In this document: in pieces, positions 32,611 to 37,926 of the stretch | Layout: the number at the start of each line of letters is the position of its first letter | Position numbering within the stretch: the first letter of the stretch is position 1 | IMG/VR virus record: IMGVR_UViG_3300043442_000982 | Location: 1-37,926 of that record | Source of the DNA: a virus | Taxonomy: Duplodnaviria; Caudoviricetes | Length of the DNA: 37,926 nt | Reading direction: 5' to 3' (one strand) | Program-made: the position numbers and the translations under genes | Notes under the pieces: model-generated | What the model was told of the DNA's origin: nothing | What the model saw: the letters and a program-made list of their open reading frames with translations, nothing else | The model's database searches: none

Positions 32611-33933
32611 ATGCCGAATCCGACTGTTATCACCGATAGCGAACTGGCTGGGTTGCTCAAGAACGTGTATGCGAACTTCCGCGAGAAGGTCCAGAACACG
32701 GTCACCCCGCTCGTCGCGCAACTCTCCAAGGCTCGCGAGGGCGGGCCGAAGAACCTCCGCTGGGGCGGCAATGGCGTCTACTGGGACGTGGTCCTTGGGC
32801 GTCCGGCTGGCGGCAACTTCTCGAACGCGGGCTGGTTCGGGAAGGACACGACCGCGACGGAAAAGCAGGCGAACACGGGCGTCGTCCGTGGGTACGTCCG
32901 CCGTCAGGTCGATGGGCTCGCGCTCATCGGCACCAAGAGCAAGGAGGCCGCGTTCCAGACCCTCGCTCGCAAGACGATGGAAGAGCTCCGTGAGGCCTCC
33001 GCGCTGATGATGCAGGCGTCGTTCCACGGCGCTGGCAACGGCATCCTCGCCACCATCGGCACCGCGTCGTCCACCGTGTCCATCATCGTCTCCTCGCCCT
33101 ACGGCGTGAGCGGCGCTGGGCAGGGCTCGCTCCTCATCTCGGTCGGCGACTACATCGCCGTCCTTGACTCGACGGGCGCGACGGTCCGTGGGCGGGCGCA
33201 GGTCTCGGCCATCCCGACCGTCTCGGGTGCCAACTCGACCCTCACCCTCGACACCTCGATCGGGTCGATGGCGGCGGGCGACATCATCGTCAAGGCCTCG
33301 GCCTCTGACACCTCGTACAATGCGGCCACCAACGGCCTCATCAACATCACCAACCGTGGCGGGTCGTATGCCTCGCTCCACGGGCTCTCGGCCTCGACCT
33401 ACGGCATCTGGAACGCGATCCGGATGACCGCGGGCACCGATACGCCGGATGCCGCCCAGCCGACGGAGTCGGACATCTGGGATCTCATCCAGCGTGTCTC
33501 GGGCTTCTCGGGCAAGGACGCGATGCTCCGCCCGCAGGAGTTCCTGCTGATGACGACCCCGGGCGTGGGCAAGAAGCTGATGGAGAGCTTCATCGGCCAG
33601 CGCCGCTTCGACGCCAAGGACACCGCCAAGGTCATCAAGGGCGGGTACAAGGCGGTCGAGGTCTGCGGGCTTCCGCTCGTGATGGATTACTACGTCCCCG
33701 CTGGGACTCTGTACCTCATCCACATCCCGTCGCTCGCGCTCGTTGACGCGAAGGACTGGGGCTTCGTGGAGTACGAGGGCGCGGGCCCGGTCCGGTGGCT
33801 CGATGGGCGCGATGCCTTCGAGATGACCTACGGGTACTACGGGAACCTCGCGGCGCTCCAGCGCAATAGCCACGGCTCGATCACTGGCTACACCGACACC
33901 GTGTTCTACACGCACGTCACCGCGCAGGCCTAA
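32611..33933 (+). CDS. Major capsid protein
   Basis: 440 aa with strongly biased codons; LAGLLKNVY; follows the scaffold and precedes a strong hairpin. Confidence 0.85.
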   Translation: MPNPTVITDSELAGLLKNVYANFREKVQNTVTPLVAQLSKAREGGPKNLRWGGNGVYWDVVLGRPAGGNFSNAGWFGKDTTATEKQANTGVVRGYVRRQVDGLALIGTKSKEAAFQTLARKTMEELREASALMMQASFHGAGNGILATIGTASSTVSIIVSSPYGVSGAGQGSLLISVGDYIAVLDSTGATVRGRAQVSAIPTVSGANSTLTLDTSIGSMAAGDIIVKASASDTSYNAATNGLINITNRGGSYASLHGLSASTYGIWNAIRMTAGTDTPDAAQPTESDIWDLIQRVSGFSGKDAMLRPQEFLLMTTPGVGKKLMESFIGQRRFDAKDTAKVIKGGYKAVEVCGLPLVMDYYVPAGTLYLIHIPSLALVDAKDWGFVEYEGAGPVRWLDGRDAFEMTYGYYGNLAALQRNSHGSITGYTDTVFYTHVTAQA

Positions 33934-33934
33934 T

Positions 33935-33976
33935 CACTAGCGCGGGGGGTGGGAAGTCCCCACCCCTCGCCTAGTG
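33935..33976 (+). terminator. Strong stem-loop after the capsid gene (terminator/mRNA stabiliser)
   Basis: CACTAG-CGCGGGGGGTGGG-aagt-CCCCACCCCTCGC-CTAGTG; only a weak pyrimidine tail. Confidence 0.6.
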
Positions 33977-33998
33977 GGTCTCTCACTTCTTGACTGCT

Positions 33999-34469
33999 AT
34001 GCCTCTTAACTTCTTTGCTCCGAAGCCCGGTCGGTTTGGTGTCCAGACGGTGCAAGTCCGTTCGGGCCAGATCGGTGGGGCGAACTTTCTGGGTGGGGCG
34101 ACGCCGCTGACGGCGAACACCACCACCATCTTCCGGCTCGGCGGGACCGCGGGGCGGAAGTGCCGCGTCTCGCGGTTCGGGGCGACCACCGTGACCGTGC
34201 CCGCTGATGCGGATGGCGCGATCACGGCGACGCTTCGCAAGTATGACGCCTCGGCCAACGCCGCGGTGACGCTGACCGGGGACATCGACCTCGAGGCGCT
34301 GACCACCCGTGAGGAGTCGTCGGTGGCGGTGCTCGGGACCTTGACCGATGCCCAACTCACGCTCGAGGAGGGGGACGCGCTTGAGATCCACGTCGTCTCC
34401 GACTCGGCCGCGATCGACACTCAGCCCGCCGGGCTGGTGTTTGTCGCCGAAGTGCTTGTGCTCGAGTAA
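33999..34469 (+). CDS. Putative capsid decoration/minor structural protein
   Basis: Beta-rich ORF directly after the MCP. Confidence 0.55.
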   Translation: MPLNFFAPKPGRFGVQTVQVRSGQIGGANFLGGATPLTANTTTIFRLGGTAGRKCRVSRFGATTVTVPADADGAITATLRKYDASANAAVTLTGDIDLEALTTREESSVAVLGTLTDAQLTLEEGDALEIHVVSDSAAIDTQPAGLVFVAEVLVLE

Positions 34470-34918
34470 TGCCACTCACTGTTCTCGTGAATCTCCGCGG
34501 GAACCCCGAGCCGCCCACCGAAGTGGTGCGGCGGCTTCGGGCCGTGGACCCGAATCTTGGGCTCGAGTGGAGTTCGTTTGAGCAATGGCGGCTAGTCCGG
34601 AAGTGGCCGGAACACGACCGTCGCTGGCAGTGGGTGCAGGAGGGCAAGACACCGCCGTCCAGCGCTCACGACATCATCGGCTATATCCCAAACGACTGCG
34701 ATGTCGATCAAGTGCCCGCCTACGTCACGCACCTCCTGCGGGAGTGGCCTGTCGATGAGGCGCGGGATATGCTAAGTAAGATGAATCATTACCACACCGA
34801 AGAGGCCACGGCTCCCGTGGCGCAGGCAATGGAGGAGGCGGTCGAGCAGACGATGGCCGACGTGACCGCTCCCTTGAAGAAGACTGGCCGACGCAAGAAA
34901 GTCACTCTCGCGGAGTAA
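34469..34918 (+). CDS. Hypothetical protein
   Basis: TAATG coupling; within the head-completion block. Confidence 0.65.
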   Translation: MPLTVLVNLRGNPEPPTEVVRRLRAVDPNLGLEWSSFEQWRLVRKWPEHDRRWQWVQEGKTPPSSAHDIIGYIPNDCDVDQVPAYVTHLLREWPVDEARDMLSKMNHYHTEEATAPVAQAMEEAVEQTMADVTAPLKKTGRRKKVTLAE

Positions 34919-34921
34919 GCA

Positions 34922-35608
34922 ATGGCGTGGACTAAGGCGACGTATCTGGATCGAACGCGAGATTGGATTGACGCCACGAACTCCGATCGCTGGAGTGACA
35001 ACTTCCTGTATTCGCTGTTGGATATGGCGTTTCGGGATGAGTGGCAGGGGATGCTAAACACGAACCCCTATTATCGGTTCGCCAAGCGTTCGGTAACCAC
35101 CGATAGCAATGGGCAGTTCACGTTTGCTGATACGAACAGCGGCGGTGGCGACACTGCCCAGAACACTTACAAGATCATCACGCTGACCGATGGGGCGAAC
35201 ACGGTGTATCGGGAGACGGACTTCCGGAACGTGCCGCTCGCGCTGTCGGGGACCGAAGACTACCTGAGCTACGACCGCCAGTACTACCTGCTGGGGGAGT
35301 CGGTGCAGATCCTGCCGCAGACGGCGAGCCAGAGCCTGCAGGTTGGGGTCAACTGGATTCCGACCTCGTTTGACAACTTGGCTTCGTCGGCCTCGACGGT
35401 GGACTTTCCCACGGGCCACGAGAATCTGCTGGCCTTGTGTGCGGCCGCGATGGCGTTAGCTAAGGGCGGGGCGGAGTCGCAAGCGGCGGGCGATCTGTTT
35501 GCGCTGGCCCAGCAACGGCGTGAGGCGCTCCTTGGCGACATTGCGCGGTTGACGGGGAACCCGACCTTCCTGCAGTTCCCGGACTATGCGATGATGTGGG
35601 GCGGCTGA
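34922..35608 (+). CDS. Head-tail adaptor / tail tubular protein A-like
   Basis: About 228 aa; ILPQT, FPTGHENLLAL; lies before the nozzle gene. Confidence 0.7.
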   Translation: MAWTKATYLDRTRDWIDATNSDRWSDNFLYSLLDMAFRDEWQGMLNTNPYYRFAKRSVTTDSNGQFTFADTNSGGGDTAQNTYKIITLTDGANTVYRETDFRNVPLALSGTEDYLSYDRQYYLLGESVQILPQTASQSLQVGVNWIPTSFDNLASSASTVDFPTGHENLLALCAAAMALAKGGAESQAAGDLFALAQQRREALLGDIARLTGNPTFLQFPDYAMMWGG

Positions 35609-37149
35609 TGGTACGGCTCTCATCTGGGCGGCAACGCATTACGGATCAGCAACCCGCGATGAACGGGGGGCTGAACTCCATCTCGGATGATCTCTCGCTT
35701 GCGCCTCAGCAACTGCGGCAGACCGCCAACGGGCGGCTGACCGATTACGGAGCCATTACCAAGCGGGGCGGCACCCAGCGCATCTCGAGCGCGGTCCTAA
35801 CGGCGAATCCGGTGCTCAACGGCTTCAACTGGAGCAAGGACAACGGGACCGAGCAGATACTGGCGGTCGCCAACGGGACGCTCTACACGACCACCTACGG
35901 GGCCTTCCCGGTAACGTGGACCTCCCGGACCGGGACACTCTCGACCTCTGTGGCCCCGACGTTCGCCCAGTTCCGTGACGGCACGGGAACAGACGTGGTG
36001 TACATCGCGGACGGCGGACTGATCAATAAGTGGAACGGCACGACACTTTCGACCAACATTGCGAACTCGGTGGCGGTCGAGACCATTCAGGTCCACAACG
36101 AGCGGCTCTGGGGGTGCGGGAATAGCACCTACCCGGACAGCATCTTCTACTCGGCGCTCAACGATGGGGACACCATCGGCTACGGCGCTGGGGGTGGCGG
36201 GCAGATCATCGTCCGGACCTTCGGTGACGAGGTGGTGATCGGGCTGGCCTCCATCAACACCAGCCTTCTGATCTTCCACCGTCGCGGTATCTCGAGGCTC
36301 ACGGGCTACAGCCAAGACGACATTACGGTCCAGCCTGCAGGCCTGACCGCGGACGTGGGGACGATCGCGGCGAAGTCGATCGTGGCCAGCAATAACGTGG
36401 CCTATTTCATCTCGGAGCGTGGGCTGTACCGCTGTAACGAGATGGAGGTGGCTCCGGTCGGGACTCCGGCCCAGCCTGACCCCCTCCTCCCGCTCATCCG
36501 CTCCCTGTCCGCCGCGGAGTTTGACAATATCCGGTGCGTGGTCAATCGGGCGACCAAGGAGCTCTGGATCTCGATCCCCGGAATCGGGTGCTACCAGTAC
36601 CACTTGGTCCTCAATGCGTGGTCCGGGCCGTGGGATAACGCCTACATCTCCCCCGACACGACGGCTTTCTTCGAGGTCATCGACGACGACGGCCTGCCCG
36701 TGGTCATGCGCGGGGATGCCGATGGCTGGGTCTCGCTCTGCGACGCCCCGCTGATCTACACCGATAACGCCAACGCGGACGGGACGGGGGGCTCGACCTA
36801 TGCGCTGGTCGCCCAGATGCACCGGATGTACTGCGGGGACGATGCGCTGGCCAAGGCCCTCCGCTGGGGCTACCTCACCGCCCAGCTCAAGGGGTCCAAG
36901 AACTGCTCGGTCTCGTGGGCCACGGATGAGACGGCTGGGAGCTACCAGCTCCCCCCCAGTTCGGCAGGCATCTGGTCTATCCTCGAGAACTGGGATACCG
37001 GGATCTGGGGTGGATCTGGGAGCCGTAACTACCGCATCCCGATGGGCGGGAACGGATACTATGTCGATATGACAATCACCGACTCTGGGCAGGCGTTGCC
37101 TGTCTTTAGCCGGATGGAAATTGAAACCTTTGCCTTGGGACGCCGCTGA
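35608..37149 (+). CDS. Tail nozzle / stabilisation protein (tubular B / P22 gp10-like beta-propeller)
   Basis: GGLN...GAITKRGG, HNERLW, IFYSAL, LLIF, AYFISERGLY; TGATG coupling. Confidence 0.75.
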   Translation: MVRLSSGRQRITDQQPAMNGGLNSISDDLSLAPQQLRQTANGRLTDYGAITKRGGTQRISSAVLTANPVLNGFNWSKDNGTEQILAVANGTLYTTTYGAFPVTWTSRTGTLSTSVAPTFAQFRDGTGTDVVYIADGGLINKWNGTTLSTNIANSVAVETIQVHNERLWGCGNSTYPDSIFYSALNDGDTIGYGAGGGGQIIVRTFGDEVVIGLASINTSLLIFHRRGISRLTGYSQDDITVQPAGLTADVGTIAAKSIVASNNVAYFISERGLYRCNEMEVAPVGTPAQPDPLLPLIRSLSAAEFDNIRCVVNRATKELWISIPGIGCYQYHLVLNAWSGPWDNAYISPDTTAFFEVIDDDGLPVVMRGDADGWVSLCDAPLIYTDNANADGTGGSTYALVAQMHRMYCGDDALAKALRWGYLTAQLKGSKNCSVSWATDETAGSYQLPPSSAGIWSILENWDTGIWGGSGSRNYRIPMGGNGYYVDMTITDSGQALPVFSRMEIETFALGRR

Positions 37150-37926
37150 TGGCTACGACGGTCGGTTCACACTCAGTCTCCGCTTTTGCCACCCCAGTCA
37201 ATGGTGGCCCGCTGGACGCCAACGTCGTCCGCGGCAACGATAACACGATCCGCACCGCCTACGTCGCGCACGACGCCGACACAGGCATCCACGTCCAGTC
37301 GTCCAGCTTGGCCTCCCGCCCGAGCGCTGGAACCGCTGGGCGCAAGTGGATCACGGCCGATACGGGCGTCTACAAGCTCTGGTACGATGACGGCACGACG
37401 TGGCACGAGGTCGCGGCTGGGAACATCGACGTATTCGTCATTGCGGACGAAGCGTTGGTCAAGGGCGATGTGGTCAAGGTCACTGGGTACAACAACGGCA
37501 CGGGTGCGCCACGGGTCGCGAAGGTGTCCAGCGCCTCGGACGTGGCGTTCGGCATTGTCAACTCGACAAGCATTGCCAACGGGGCGACTGGGTACATCAC
37601 GAACACGGGGCTTATTCAGGATGTAGCGACCAATGCGTTTAGCGTTGGCGACATCCTCTACCCCAACACCTCGGGCGGGTTTACCGCTACGAAGCCGACC
37701 TCTGGCAACTACCAGCCCATTGCCTTCGTCCTCCGCTCCAACGCCAACAACGGCGTCCTGTACGTCGAGTTCTCGACGCCTCGGATCGTGGAGCGGTCGG
37801 ACAACACGGCCAGCACCATCGTCCTCCGCGACGCCTCGGGCAACTTCAGCGCCGGGACGATTACCGCCGGGGCGGTAACCTCGACTGGGCTGGTCACCTT
37901 CGCCAGCCTCAAGGGGACTGGGGCCA
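37149..37926 (+). CDS. Tail fibre protein, N-terminal part (3' partial, not in ORF track)
   Basis: TGATG start; MATTVGSHSVSAFATPVNGG...NTASTIVLRDASGNFSAGTITA; frame stays open to the window end. Confidence 0.8.
   Translation, partial: MATTVGSHSVSAFATPVNGGPLDANVVRGNDNTIRTAYVAHDADTGIHVQSSSLASRPSAGTAGRKWITADTGVYKLWYDDGTTWHEVAAGNIDVFVIADEALVKGDVVKVTGYNNGTGAPRVAKVSSASDVAFGIVNSTSIANGATGYITNTGLIQDVATNAFSVGDILYPNTSGGFTATKPTSGNYQPIAFVLRSNANNGVLYVEFSTPRIVERSDNTASTIVLRDASGNFSAGTITAGAVTSTGLVTFASLKGTGA

Overview
This 37.9-kb window looks like a near-complete, circularly permuted genome of a high-GC tailed phage with podovirus-like architecture. The order is terminase small/large, portal, scaffold, major capsid, adaptor, nozzle, a tail fibre split across the two window ends, ejection proteins (one of 2083 aa), a lysis cassette, and a block of small accessory/regulatory genes. 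That block includes a tRNA-Gln(UUG) and a TPR-glycosyltransferase. I recognised no integrase, DNA polymerase, primase or helicase. The most striking feature is a minus-strand operon of small genes (23943-25990) whose three larger intergenic spacers each hold a type II hammerhead ribozyme, with conserved core and fully compensatory stems, followed by a shared CA-rich/Shine-Dalgarno leader. This suggests a self-processing polycistronic mRNA cut into hairpin-capped gene units that might also circularise. Other notable items are a C4-like structured RNA/attenuator at 18745-18860, a family of CTTGCG promoters with two probable leaderless mRNAs, and a Gln-rich ejection protein with strict 11-residue periodicity. 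All family assignments come from motif recognition by eye, not from database searches.
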